From an uncultured Deinococcaceae bacterium (GTDB lineage: Bacteria > Deinococcota > Deinococci > Deinococcales > Deinococcaceae), in the NCBI GenBank assembly GCA_964252075.1, contig CAXULY010000024.1:1-64000 (forward strand): a stretch of 64,000 nt of DNA. Direction: 5' to 3'. Made by a program: the position numbers and the translations under genes. The notes below the pieces were generated by a model. It was not told where the DNA came from, ran no database searches, and was given only the letters and a program-made list of their open reading frames with translations. Shown here piece by piece: positions 31,718 through 41,596 of the stretch (its first letter is position 1; each line of letters begins with the position of its first letter).

Positions 31718-31751
31718 GAAAGAGCGCCGCCCCATCAGGCGGCGCTCTTTC
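31718..31751 (+). terminator. Rho-independent terminator-like hairpin after the lipoprotein operon
   Basis: Perfect 14-bp stem GAAAGAGCGCCGCC / GGCGGCGCTCTTTC with a 6-nt loop. Confidence 0.85.
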
Positions 31752-32090
31752 GTGCAGTCATGCTCGCGACCTAAGGATGACCTGGTGTGGGGTCAGGGTT
31801 CAGCAGCGTCCAGCATGGCGTGAACGTTCTGATTCGCTTGGTTGGGGGAGGGGCCGTTCTTGAACGGTGGCGCTGGTGCGAGGTGTCCGCCACTGGTAAG
31901 GCGTGCGGGTGTGCTCTACGGTCCAGCTCAGGCACGCTCAGGGTCTGCATGCGGCTGGTGCGGACGGCCGCATCGTCCGGGAGCTGCGGGTGGCCCTGCA
32001 CGAAGCCGCTGAGGGTCAGGTCCCCGGCGACCGTGCGCCACCGCGCCCACTGGTCGTGGGTGGGCAGGGGAGAGTCGGTCGCGCGGCCCT

Positions 32091-32400
32091 GTGTCGGTGG
32101 AACCTCAGGCACGGTCAGTCCCACCGCACCGCCGGGCTCTTGGTCGCGAAGCAACGCCCCCACACCGCGATGGGCTTCGCGTTCTTCGTCTTGCAAGACC
32201 GCCATCACCGCGTGCAGGTCATCATCAGCCCGGACCTGTGGGAGGTTCACCGACAGCTGCTGCGCGACGCGCGCAGCCTGATCGTGGAAGGCCCCGCGAC
32301 GGTGAATGGCCGGGCGGTGACGCTCAAGGCCGTGTCCCTCGCTGAACTTCCGTTGAAGGCCGCACACACCGCCCCCGCATGGCCACACGGCTCAGCCGCC
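32091..32400 (+). pseudogene. dnaE2: Second, diverged copy of the dnaE2 3' end (OB fold)
   Basis: LRHGQSHRTAGLLVAKQRPHTAMGFAFFVLQDRHHRVQVIISPDLWE aligns with 17637-17954; no 5' part present. Confidence 0.88.
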
Positions 32401-32490
32401 CACGACTATCCACCCCCAGCACCCCTGCCTCCGGCGGCGCCCTCGCCCCACGGTGATCGGCACACCCGCGTGCCTGCGCCTTGCACGACC

Positions 32491-32516
32491 GCTTACGTTT
32501 CCCGTTGACGTAAGCT
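32491..32516 (+). promoter_or_regulatory. Inverted repeat overlapping a leaderless -10 element
   Basis: GCTTACGT-N9-ACGTAAGC at 32491-32515; TAAGCT at 32511-32516; ATG at 32523. Confidence 0.6.
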
Positions 32517-32522
32517 GCCGAC

Positions 32523-33191
32523 ATGGACGGCTTTCCGCAGGTCCAGGCGATGCCCGTGTTCGACCCTCAGGCGGTCCTGCTGTTAATCGACGGACGGCGA
32601 GGCCGGTTGTTCGAGCCGTTCCTGGCGCAGGACTGCACCGTGCCCATCGCGGCCGCGTGGTGCGGCCTGCCCAGCAACGTGATGCGCTACTGGGTGCAGC
32701 GCTTCGTGCAGCTCGGGCTGTTGAACCCCTCCGGCGCGCGGAGCGGGCGCGGCCGCCTAATTCAGACGTACCGGTCCGTCGCGGACGCGTTCCTGCTATT
32801 GCCGCCGGCCCGCATGTCGGTCCCCAACGAAGCGGACTTCCGTCAGCAGTACGATCCCCTGTGGTCCCGCTTCGTTCTGGGCGCCGTGCGGACATCCATT
32901 GAGCAGGCGGACGTCTGGGCGTGCCTGCTCTACCGCGACGCGGCGGGGCACACCGTCATGGAGAACGTCCCCCGCACGCACCTCGATGCCAGCGCACCGC
33001 AGGAGCCGCTGATCGGGCTGAACACCTGGGCGACCGTCCGGCTGACCGCCACCGAAGCCCACGCCCTTCAGGCGGAACTCGATGGCGTGGTCGAGCGCTT
33101 CGTGGCCCGTGCGCGCCGCGACGCGGACACCCCGCGCTACCTGGTCCACGTGGGGCTGGTCAAGGAGGTGGATCCAGCGCCAGGAGCGTGA
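32523..33191 (+). CDS. Winged-helix (ArsR-like, Deinococcus-type) transcriptional regulator
   Basis: LFEPFL...TVPIAAAWCGLPSNVMRYWVQRFVQLGLL...GRLIQTYRSVADAF; C-terminal LTATEAHALQAEL. Confidence 0.8.
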   Translation: MDGFPQVQAMPVFDPQAVLLLIDGRRGRLFEPFLAQDCTVPIAAAWCGLPSNVMRYWVQRFVQLGLLNPSGARSGRGRLIQTYRSVADAFLLLPPARMSVPNEADFRQQYDPLWSRFVLGAVRTSIEQADVWACLLYRDAAGHTVMENVPRTHLDASAPQEPLIGLNTWATVRLTATEAHALQAELDGVVERFVARARRDADTPRYLVHVGLVKEVDPAPGA

Positions 33192-33231
33192 CGTCGTCCC
33201 TCCAGCACGCGCCCCGTCCACCAGCGGCGCG

Positions 33232-33567
33232 TCACCACCAGTAATAGCGGTGGATGGAGTACTCCCAGGTGTCGTTGTCGACGCAGATCTGGTACCACCA
33301 CACGCCGATGTTAAACGGCAGGCCGCAGTTGGATGGTCGGTTCTGGGTGTGCAGGGCGGATCGTGAGGGATCGATGGTCGGTGTGTGGTGTCCCATCCAG
33401 CGGGCGTCCTGCCGCCCGAGCCATGAGGTGACGCCCGGATCGGCGCCCGCGGCCAACAGGCGGTCCACGACCATGGTGGGCGCGGGAGGGCCCGCTGGGG
33501 TTTGCCCGCAGGCGTTGAGGCCCAGCAGGGCCGCCGCGGCCACGGTCAGTGCCATGATCTTGTTCAT
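33232..33567 (-). CDS. Small lipoprotein with aromatic, two-Cys C-terminus
   Basis: GAGGAG RBS; lipobox LGLNAC; ends CGLPFNIGVWWYQICVDNDTWEYSIHRYYWW. Confidence 0.75.
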   Translation of the reverse strand: MNKIMALTVAAAALLGLNACGQTPAGPPAPTMVVDRLLAAGADPGVTSWLGRQDARWMGHHTPTIDPSRSALHTQNRPSNCGLPFNIGVWWYQICVDNDTWEYSIHRYYWW

Positions 33568-34215
33568 CGTGTCTCCTCGTCAAGGTGTGATGGGCGGGCG
33601 GTGGTGGCCGATGGGATCTCCACGAGGATGCGCGCCGCGTCACGCAGAAACACGGCTTGAATCTGCCCGAACGGTCCGGGCGCCGACCGCGCGCCTGCTG
33701 GGCCCGGACCTTTTCGCTCTGGAGGTCGTCTCGTGCGCCACCGCCCTGTGTTGGCGGTCCTCACGGACGCGCCCGCGATGGGGTGCGCGCCGCCTGGCGT
33801 GTGGCGCCATCCTGTCCATGGCTGATTGAAGGGACCACCTGGGGCCTCCTTGCGTTGACCTGGGTCAGGCGTTTCAGTGCTCCGTAGGGCGTGCAGTGGT
33901 CCAAGTGGGCGGGCCCACCGACGCCGCCGCAGGGTCCCGCCCACCAGTCAGGCGGTGGATGGCGTGAAGGGCCCTGCGTTGCCCGAGCTTGAACACCACC
34001 CGTCCAGCGGTCAGGCCCTGCGTGGGGCTGCCGTCGCCCCAGTCGGTAAGGCCTGACCCCTGTTCCTGCGCGCGGTTCGGAACGTGATGCCCAGCGTGGA
34101 GACCAGCAGGCCCTGCAGGGCCTGCTGGAGGGCGAGGCGCGGCGGCTGGCGGAGATGCACCGCCGGTCCTGACGCGCTTCACGTGCGCGTCAGGCGCCGC
34201 GGTCACACTGCGGAC

Positions 34216-34920
34216 GTGTTGCGTGCCCTCCTCCCCGCTGTGCTGCTGTTTGGGACGGCCCTGGCCTTCCACCAGAACGCCCCGACGAAGCCCGACCCGA
34301 AACGTACCCCCGGTGACGTCCTGACCACCGACAAGACCGTTATCTGCGTGCCTGGGTACACCAAAACCGTCCGCAACGTCCCACAGACCTTGAAAGAACA
34401 GGTGTACCGCGCGTACGGCATCACCAGCCACGAGAAGGGGGAATTTGAGGTTGATCACCTCGTTTCACTCGAACTCGGCGGGTCGAACAGCGTCCTCAAC
34501 CTCTGGCCGGAGAGTTACAAAACCATGCCGCTCAACGCGCACGTCAAGGACACCCTCGAGAACAAATTGCACGACCTCGCCTGCAGCGGAATGATCAGCA
34601 TGCAGGCCGCGCAGCAGGCCATCGCCACGGATTGGGAGGCGGCGTACGTGAAGTACGTCGGCCCGCTCCCCGGCGGGGGCAGCGCGGCCCCCACCGGCAC
34701 CCTCGCCCCCAGCACTCCGGGTGCTACTCCCAGCGCCACGGCGGCCTCCAGTGCCCCCAACCCGGACGGGTCCTGCCCCTCAAACGCCCCCATCAAGGTC
34801 AGCAGGAGTGGGATCTTCCACCTGCCGCAAGGCGACCCGAACTACACCCGCACGCACGCTAGAGCCTGCTACCCGAACGCCGCGAGCGCGCAGGCGGCCG
34901 GGTACCGGGGGGGCCGGTGA
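34216..34920 (+). CDS. Secreted HNH endonuclease with C-terminal Ada-like metal-binding domain
   Basis: Signal peptide; EVDHLVSLELGGSNSVLNLWPE; IKVSRSGIFHLP...CYPNAASAQAAGYR. Confidence 0.85.
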   Translation: MLRALLPAVLLFGTALAFHQNAPTKPDPKRTPGDVLTTDKTVICVPGYTKTVRNVPQTLKEQVYRAYGITSHEKGEFEVDHLVSLELGGSNSVLNLWPESYKTMPLNAHVKDTLENKLHDLACSGMISMQAAQQAIATDWEAAYVKYVGPLPGGGSAAPTGTLAPSTPGATPSATAASSAPNPDGSCPSNAPIKVSRSGIFHLPQGDPNYTRTHARACYPNAASAQAAGYRGGR

Positions 34921-35234
34921 GCCTGCCGAGCGGCGTGGAGGCGCACGTGATCCTCGCGGACGGCGGGGACGGCGGGGCGCTGACAGATAGGGAGGAGCAC
35001 CTGGTCCTCAAGACGGGCGCACTGCTCAAGGCCGACCCGCACTGGGTGGGCCTGACGGATCCGACCCTCAGCCGCATTGAGGCGAACCGCGGCCTGACCG
35101 ACACCACGCCCGGCTTCCTGTACCTGCGGTACCGCGTCACGGGCGGTGGCCCCCAGGAATTCTGGGCGCACTGGGGGAACCACGACCACGTGAGCTGGAC
35201 CACCGGGCAGGTCAGCGTCAAAGCAGGCCCCTGA
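34917..35234 (+). CDS. Hypothetical protein coupled to the HNH nuclease gene
   Basis: GTGA overlap; 105 aa; good codon bias. Confidence 0.7.
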   Translation: MSLPSGVEAHVILADGGDGGALTDREEHLVLKTGALLKADPHWVGLTDPTLSRIEANRGLTDTTPGFLYLRYRVTGGGPQEFWAHWGNHDHVSWTTGQVSVKAGP

Positions 35235-35317
35235 CCCGTCCAGATCACCGCCGGTCAACACCCATGCCCCTGCCACTGTGCCGTGATGCTCGGCACATCC
35301 ACTCTTGGAGGACCACC

Positions 35318-35674
35318 ATGACGAAAACCAAGAAGACCGCCCCGAAAGCCCAAGCCGCTCCCCTGGTTGAAGCGCCCAAAGCGGAAGCGGGCAAGATCGC
35401 CAAGACCGAACTCACCAACCAGGTCGCCAGCAAGGCGAACCTCACCAAGCAGCAGGCGGGTGAGGCGGTGAACGCGGCGCTCGACGTCATCGCCGAAGCC
35501 ATCCGCAGCGGCAAGACCGTGGGGCTGCCGGGCATCGGGACCTTCAGCGTGAAGGCCACCGCCGCGCGCACGGGCGTGCGCCCCGGCACCAGCGAGAAGA
35601 TCCAGATCCCCGCGTGGAAGAAAGTCTCGTACAAGGTCGCCACGGACCTCAAGCAGGGCCTGAGCGCCGACTGA
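35318..35674 (+). CDS. hup: HU family DNA-binding protein with Deinococcus-type N-terminal extension
   Basis: KTEL...[40 protein letters not shown]. Confidence 0.95.
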   Translation: MTKTKKTAPKAQAAPLVEAPKAEAGKIAKTELTNQVASKANLTKQQAGEAVNAALDVIAEAIRSGKTVGLPGIGTFSVKATAARTGVRPGTSEKIQIPAWKKVSYKVATDLKQGLSAD

Positions 35675-36393
35675 CCGTCGCGCAACCGCGCAACCCCCGT
35701 CGGACGTCCACGTGGCGGGCAGGAGCGGGACGAGGCGCGCTGCGCCGAAGACGAGCGGGTCGAGAGGATCGGGGCCCTCGGCATGCGACCGGTGGAGCGC
35801 GCGGCGCCTGGGCTCACCCTGGAGGCGGGCCTCGCGGCCACACGCGTGGAGCGTGTTTCCACATAAGTCGGGGAGTGGCGCGCGGGGCTGGGAGCCGAGC
35901 AACGCAAGCGCGGTGGAGCCCCAACGCCGGGATGAGGAAACGCACCGTCAGGTCGGCGAGGTCAAGCGCCGAATGGAAAGCTTCCGCGAGGAAGGGAGCG
36001 CCGCGCGCGCAGCCCATGACGGTGCGGGACGAGCGGCAGGGCCAGCGCGAGGCGTTGCCCGGCGTGCGGGAGGAGGCGCTTGTGGAAAGGGAGCAGACAG
36101 AAACAACGCGAGTGGCCCTCCAGGCGGAGCTCGGCGCTGCCCGGGCGTGTCTGGACGAGGAACGCCTGACGCATCAAGTCGCCTTCGATGCGGCGCGCGC
36201 AGGTCGTCACCGGGAAACCGCGCGGGCCGTGGCGGTCGCGGAGCGGGACGTCTTGCGCGCGGAGGTCAAGTGCTTCTGGCGGCAGGTGGTGCAGCGCCAG
36301 CCGCGGCGTGCGGGGGCTGGTCCCCCCGAGGTGCGCCCAGACGGCGCCGCTCCCGATGGCGCGCGGGACACGTGCGGCGTGGAGGGGGAGCGC

Positions 36394-37125
36394 GTGGACG
36401 ATCCTGAGACGGACCGCCTGTACCCCGACGTCGAGCGGGCGGGGGGGCTCGCGCGCCTCCTCACCCAGCGCCTGGAGGCGCGGTTCCCCGGCGAGGCGCT
36501 CGCGCTGGACGGTGGGGGCGCGTTCGACGCGGCCCACTTCCGACGTGGCGATCGCGACATACCGGTGATGCGCGCAAGTCGGAAGCGTTTATTCCTGGGG
36601 GACGTGTGGGAGCGCGGCGTGCAACTGGCGCGGTTCTCCACCGCGTCCGTGGAAGACCTGATCACCCTGGCGCGCCGGGCCCTCCAGCCCGGCGCGCCGG
36701 TGTCCGCGCTGCTCGCCGCGCGCCCGGAGGTCGAGGTGCTGCCGTGGGCACGGGCGTACGAGTTGGGGCCGGCGGCGTACGTCACGTACCGGTGGGAGGA
36801 GTTCCGCCCGCCACAGCAGGCCCAGCCGAAGTTCGAGGGCACATTCGACCTCGTACAGGCAGCCTCACGGGTGCCGGAACTGCGGCAGCTGCTGCCGTAC
36901 ACGAGCCACGCGGCGCTGGGTTTCAGCCGGTGCACGGGGTACCCGTTCACCCGCGACTGCCCGCTTCTGTACGCCCATCGAGGGCGCTTTCGCGTGGACG
37001 ACGCGGCGGGGCGGCCGCGGGGTGAGGGCACCCTGGAGGATGTCGTGCGCTTTGCGGTCACGCTGCTGCCCGCGGGGGTGGGGCCAGCGGTGCGCGGCAC
37101 CGCTCATGAGCTGAACGCGCCTTAG
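36394..37125 (+). CDS. DUF6193-like protein
   Basis: LYPDVERAGGL...LRQLLPYTSHAALGFSRCTGYPFTRDCP...GPAVRGTA. Confidence 0.7.
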   Translation: MDDPETDRLYPDVERAGGLARLLTQRLEARFPGEALALDGGGAFDAAHFRRGDRDIPVMRASRKRLFLGDVWERGVQLARFSTASVEDLITLARRALQPGAPVSALLAARPEVEVLPWARAYELGPAAYVTYRWEEFRPPQQAQPKFEGTFDLVQAASRVPELRQLLPYTSHAALGFSRCTGYPFTRDCPLLYAHRGRFRVDDAAGRPRGEGTLEDVVRFAVTLLPAGVGPAVRGTAHELNAP

Positions 37126-37482
37126 TACGCGCTGGAGGGCCTGGCGTCACTGCTGACCGACCCAGAGGGGGTGTGGCGCGGTCCCGTGCGGCGCGAGGGG
37201 CTGTTGGCAGCGCTGCGGCTGACGGAACGCGATCCAGCCCTGCTGGGCGCCAGCGCGCACCTCCTGGCCGTGGGTTGGCGTTGAACCGCAGGGTCCGCAC
37301 CCACACCGAGACCGGGACTTCCCAGAGCAGCCAGCGCACGGGTGTTGCGGACCTGGCGTCCGGAGGCGCATGTTCCGACCGGTGGCCGCCCACGTTCCGC
37401 GCCTGCTGGGTGCCCTGGGACGGGTGCGGCGGACCTCACCGCACAGAGCCTCGCCGCGCGGCGCCGCCGTCCCGCGCGTGCA

Positions 37483-37806
37483 TCAAGCGAGGAGGCCCGC
37501 GGGGCTGCCTTCGAGGCGCAGGTCGTGCACGCCGTGAGGGGTGAACCGCACGCTCAGCACCTCGAACCCCTCGCCGCGCGCCGTGCGCTGCTCGCGCAGT
37601 TCCAGCAGGTCGTACGCCAGGTCCATCAGGACGTCCACGTCCAACTGCAGGGCCGTCCACGGGCCGTGCGGGTCGCGCCGCACGCGCAGGTCATGCTGCA
37701 CGTCCCGGCCCACCACCGCGCGGTACTGCCCCTCACTGAACGGTCCGAGGTCCGCGACCTCCAGCACCAGGCCAGCGATGATCGCCTCCAGGAGTTCATT
37801 CGTCAC
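37483..37806 (-). CDS. Hypothetical protein
   Basis: 107-aa ORF with strong GC3 bias, starting MTNELLEAIIAGL. Confidence 0.6.
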   Translation of the reverse strand: MTNELLEAIIAGLVLEVADLGPFSEGQYRAVVGRDVQHDLRVRRDPHGPWTALQLDVDVLMDLAYDLLELREQRTARGEGFEVLSVRFTPHGVHDLRLEGSPAGLLA

Positions 37807-38242
37807 TGTGCCGTGACGGTACCACGCCACCCCCACCTCACCTCGCCCGTTCGCACACCACCGCATCAGGGCGTGAACCGTGTGAACACCAGACCGTCAA
37901 GGCCACCGTGCTCACTGCACGGCGGCCTTGACCTGGGCGGTGTGGTTCGGCGCTGGATCAGCACCCTGGGCATGGGTCGACCGGCCAACTGCTGCTCGGC
38001 GCGGCGCCTTCGCACCCGGCGCCGATCTCCACAGGCACGCGCGCGCACTCCGGGCAGAGGGGCGGGGGTCGGCGTCGCCACAGCCTCCTGCGGTTCAATC
38101 ACCTCCTCATGGTCCCGCTTCGCCGCACGCCGGACCGCCGAACCGGCGCGCACGGCGACCTGCCCCTCGCCCTTTTTGCGTTCCGGACAGCGCGTCTCAC
38201 CGCGCCGCAGGGTGACTCAACGCCTGCGCGCTGGCAGCCTCA

Positions 38243-38800
38243 GTGCAGATGGACAGCGCCCTGCTCGGTAACCTGCACCGCCTCGACCCCCTCGCGGACC
38301 TCCGCCACGCCCGGCGCGTCACGACGCTCGCCCTCCGCCTCGCGCGCCTCACCGACGCCGACGTGCCCGAAGCGGACCTCGCCACCACCTTCCACGACCT
38401 CGGCAAAGTCCACCTGGCGGACCTCGCCCGCCCCTTCACGCCCGATGAGTGCGCCCAGATGGAGCCGCACGCCACGGCCGGCGAGGCCCTGCTGCGGCAG
38501 ATCCCGCGGGTGACCCGCACCGCGCGGCTGGGCGTCCTGCACCACCACGAACGCTGGGACGGCCGTGGGGACCCGAACGGCCAGCAGGGCGCGACCATCC
38601 CGCTGGTCGCGCGCCTGGTGGCCGCCCTCGACGTCCATGACGCCCTCACCCACCCCCGGCCCGACCGCGGACCGTGGACGTGCACGCGCGCCCTGGCCTC
38701 CATCCAGAGGGAGGCGGGGCGGCATTTCGACCCCACCTCGCCGTGGCGTTCCAGCAGCGCGCCGTTCCTGCACGCGGACGCGCAGGCGGTGGGCGCGTGA
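38243..38800 (+). pseudogene. Degenerate HD-GYP phosphodiesterase domain
   Basis: HARRV, HDLGK, HHHERWDGRGDP (GYP changed to GDP), IPLVARLVA and GRHFDP; C-terminus looks aberrant. Confidence 0.75.
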
Positions 38801-38884
38801 GCGCGCGCCGCTTTCCGCTCCCCCACGGGGCCGGTCCCACATCCTCGCCGAGAGCGGGCGGCGCGCGGTCACCCGGACGCTGGC

Positions 38885-39460
38885 GTGCTGCCCACTGACG
38901 TCCACCTCGCCCTGACGCGCGCCGCGCCCACCCTCGCGCAGGCTGTGCGGCGCGCGCAGCCGGACCTCCCCATCACCGACGCAGCCACGGCCGCCCTGCT
39001 CACCGCCCTGGCCCTGCGGATGTACGCGCTGCTCACCCAGCACGCCCCCGAGGGCGCCCAGGTGCGCTTCCGCACCGACCAGCAGCAGGCTGAGGTGGCG
39101 CTGCTGCTGGGGCGCGCGGGGCGCGGGGTGTGGGTGGTGGACCTCGCCCGCGCGGTGATGTTCACGCCGGACGGCGTTACCCTCACCCCGGTGTTCACCG
39201 AGCACGGCCTGAACGGCGACGACGTGCCCACATTCATCGTGTTCCTCGCACAGCACGACCCGGCCGAACGCCTGCTCCAGCGCACCGCCCGCCAGGTGAT
39301 TCGCGCCGCGCAGCTGATGCAGGGCGGGCTGAGCGAACTGGAGGCCGACCACGTGGCAGTCCAGGAGCATTTCGAGGGCGAACCAGACGTGACGCTGCGC
39401 CACGTGACGCCCGACGGTCGCCCCCGCACGGTGGCGCGCGGCCGCACGCACGACGCCTGA
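38885..39460 (+). CDS. Hypothetical protein upstream of the PRTRC genes
   Basis: 191-aa ORF with good codon bias. Confidence 0.65.
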   Translation: MLPTDVHLALTRAAPTLAQAVRRAQPDLPITDAATAALLTALALRMYALLTQHAPEGAQVRFRTDQQQAEVALLLGRAGRGVWVVDLARAVMFTPDGVTLTPVFTEHGLNGDDVPTFIVFLAQHDPAERLLQRTARQVIRAAQLMQGGLSELEADHVAVQEHFEGEPDVTLRHVTPDGRPRTVARGRTHDA

Positions 39461-39526
39461 CGGCGGGAGGAACATCACCGCCCGCGAAGGAACGCGGGCG
39501 GTGTGGGCGGGGCACAAGGAGCGCCC

Positions 39527-40639
39527 ATGACCCAACACCAGCGGCCCCACGCCCCCACGCGTCCCCTCCCCCTGACCCTCAGTGACGAAGGCGCGCTCAC
39601 CCTGGGTGAGCTCATCGGCGAGATCACGGACCTGTGGAAACAGACCAAACCCAGAGGGGTCCGCACGCAGGCGGAGGCCTGCTTCGCGAAGTACCCCAAG
39701 GTCCGCGAGGACCGCGAGCAGGCGCGGTCGTTGCGCGCCGAGCTGCGGCTCTTGCTCGGGCTGGACGCGCCAACCGAGCCGGACGCTTCGGGTGCGGCGC
39801 CGTTTGCCATCCTCGACCTTTCCCCACGCACCCGCAGCGACGCGGCGGACGAGGTGCAGGTTGACGCACCCACGCCAGACGCGGCCCACCCCACCGACGA
39901 GGAGGGTGACGAGCCCGAAGGGGACCAGGAGGGGGAAGCGGACCCCGGCGACGCGGCCGCGCCGCCCGAGGAGCCCACCGCACCCACCGTCACCCCACCG
40001 GTCAACGCCCCGCAGACGGACCCGCGCTGGCCGGACGGCACCCTCGGCACCGGCTTCCTGAGCGCCCTCGCCGCAACCCTCGCGAGCGGCGACAGTGTCC
40101 AGTTCAACTTCACGCGCGCGGGCGGGCAGCTGCACGTCACGGTGATCCCGAAGCGGGTGCTGGGCGAGCCGGGCAGCACCGCGCAGCCACTCGCGGTGAG
40201 CGGCACGCCCGCGGAGCTGGACGCGGACCTGCGGACCGCGCTGGGCCTGTACGGCGCCGCGCGGCAGACGGCGCGCGACGCGGCGAACGAACTGCTGCGC
40301 CGCACGTATGAGGCCGCCGAGAAAGCCAAGGCCGCCAAAACCACCGCGAGCACCTCGAAGCCATCCTCCGCGCAGACGGCGGAGCAGACCCGCGTGAAGC
40401 ACCAGGCGAGCGTGACCGTGCGGGCCCCTGAGGGCGCGGTCATCACCCTGACGGACGCGAAGGGCGGCACGCAGATGCTGCAGGCGGGCGTGGGGGTAAA
40501 GCTGGACGCGCAGCGCGTTATGGTGAAGGTGGAGCTCAATGGGCACGAGCCGTTCACGTCCGTCCTGACGCTCAAACCGCGTGAGGAGAAGGTCGTGCCG
40601 GCCACCCTCAAACCGCTGGATCAGGGAGGGCTGTTCTGA
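39527..40639 (+). CDS. PRTRC system protein E with acidic N-terminal extension and C-terminal PEGA-like domain
   Basis: LHVTVIPK...QPLAVSGTPAELDA.L...Y..AR signature; AAGGAG RBS; ends QGGLF. Confidence 0.8.
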   Translation: MTQHQRPHAPTRPLPLTLSDEGALTLGELIGEITDLWKQTKPRGVRTQAEACFAKYPKVREDREQARSLRAELRLLLGLDAPTEPDASGAAPFAILDLSPRTRSDAADEVQVDAPTPDAAHPTDEEGDEPEGDQEGEADPGDAAAPPEEPTAPTVTPPVNAPQTDPRWPDGTLGTGFLSALAATLASGDSVQFNFTRAGGQLHVTVIPKRVLGEPGSTAQPLAVSGTPAELDADLRTALGLYGAARQTARDAANELLRRTYEAAEKAKAAKTTASTSKPSSAQTAEQTRVKHQASVTVRAPEGAVITLTDAKGGTQMLQAGVGVKLDAQRVMVKVELNGHEPFTSVLTLKPREEKVVPATLKPLDQGGLF

Positions 40640-40644
40640 AAGCC

Positions 40645-41381
40645 GTGACCATCCCCCTGGCGGTCCAGGGGTACTGCGCTCCGTTGCACGTGCCCCTCGA
40701 CGCGGCAGCGGTGCGCGGCTGGCGGTCCGCCCTCACGCGGACCGCCCGGGGCGCGCCGGGCGTGCTGGCGGTCACGCTCCCCGCTCCGGATTTGCGCTGG
40801 CCTCCAGAAGCCCCATGCCATTGGATCACCCCACCGTCACCGTGGGCCAGACCGGCCTGACCTTCGCGGTGGTCGATCCACCCCTGATCAGCGCGGAACT
40901 CAGCGACGCCGCAATGGGCGTAGCGCTCGGCGTGCCGGTCGAGTCCCTGTGGGCGCCTGCGAGCGTGCCGCTGTCCCTGACGCTCACCGTGCTGCTCACC
41001 GCGCCCGGCCTGACGCGCGCGTGGCTCGACGCCCCCACCCGAGCGGACACTCCCGAGCGGCGAGGTCACCGTCACGGGCGACGGGCAGGCCGCCACGCCT
41101 GACCCGGACGCGTTCGAGGCGGGCCGGGACGCGGCGCTCGTGCAGCTCGCCATGCACCACCAGGTCAGCCCGGCCTTCGACCTGTTCGCCCGGCTCTTCG
41201 AAGACCTGTACGCGCACAACGCGCAGCTGCGGGAGATCGCCGACACTGACCCCCAGCGGGGCCTCGCGGGCTGGCAGACCGCGGACCCGCACGGCACCAT
41301 GGCCCGCCTTTGGGCAGCTCTTCACCCCCAGCGACGCCGCTGGGGGTGCCTTCCCTTGCACGAAAGCGAGGCACCCCATGA
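40645..41381 (+). pseudogene. Frameshifted hypothetical gene within the PRTRC locus
   Basis: Protein-like segments in three successive frames (MTIPLAVQG..., DHPTVTVG..., AALVQLAMHH...). Confidence 0.45.
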
Positions 41382-41587
41382 AGATCACCCCTGTCACCCG
41401 GCGCATCCGCCACCACGACCAGGAACTCCCCGACACCAACCCCAGCGCCCCCATCCAGGACGTGGTGCGCGGCTACGCCACCCTGTACCCCGAGCTCCTC
41501 AACGCTGATTTGGAAGGACCCGTGATGTCGGATGACCAGAGTGAAGCGCTCTACACCGTCAAGGCCCGCGCCGCCTACAAGGGATGA
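41378..41587 (+). CDS. PRTRC system protein C (ubiquitin-like)
   Basis: MKITPVTRRIRHHDQELPDTNPSAPIQDVVRGYATLYPELLNADLEGP...YTVKARAAYKG*; LPDxxP, YPEL, EGP and terminal KG match the family. Confidence 0.85.
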   Translation: MKITPVTRRIRHHDQELPDTNPSAPIQDVVRGYATLYPELLNADLEGPVMSDDQSEALYTVKARAAYKG

Positions 41588-41596
41588 GGTGCTGAC

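Noticed and set aside
31772..32090. Small minus-strand gene remnant (LSGFVQGHPQLPD...RTSR)
   Set aside because: No start codon, frameshifted, and abuts the dnaE2 fragment; too little to call.
32491..32515. TTACG...CGTAA as a Deinococcus RDRM (DdrO site)
   Set aside because: The span is 21 bp, not the 17-bp RDRM; it is more likely the adjacent regulator's operator.
35900..36300. KfrA-like coiled-coil plasmid gene
   Set aside because: Only broken coiled-coil segments in shifting frames; no N-terminal DNA-binding domain to support the call.
38240..40546. 768-aa minus-strand ORF and similar long ORFs (5861-7564, 13126-14508, 29055-30485, 30419-31735, 56301-57662)
   Set aside because: Antisense shadows of real genes in high-GC DNA; Arg/Gly/Ala-rich with no motifs.
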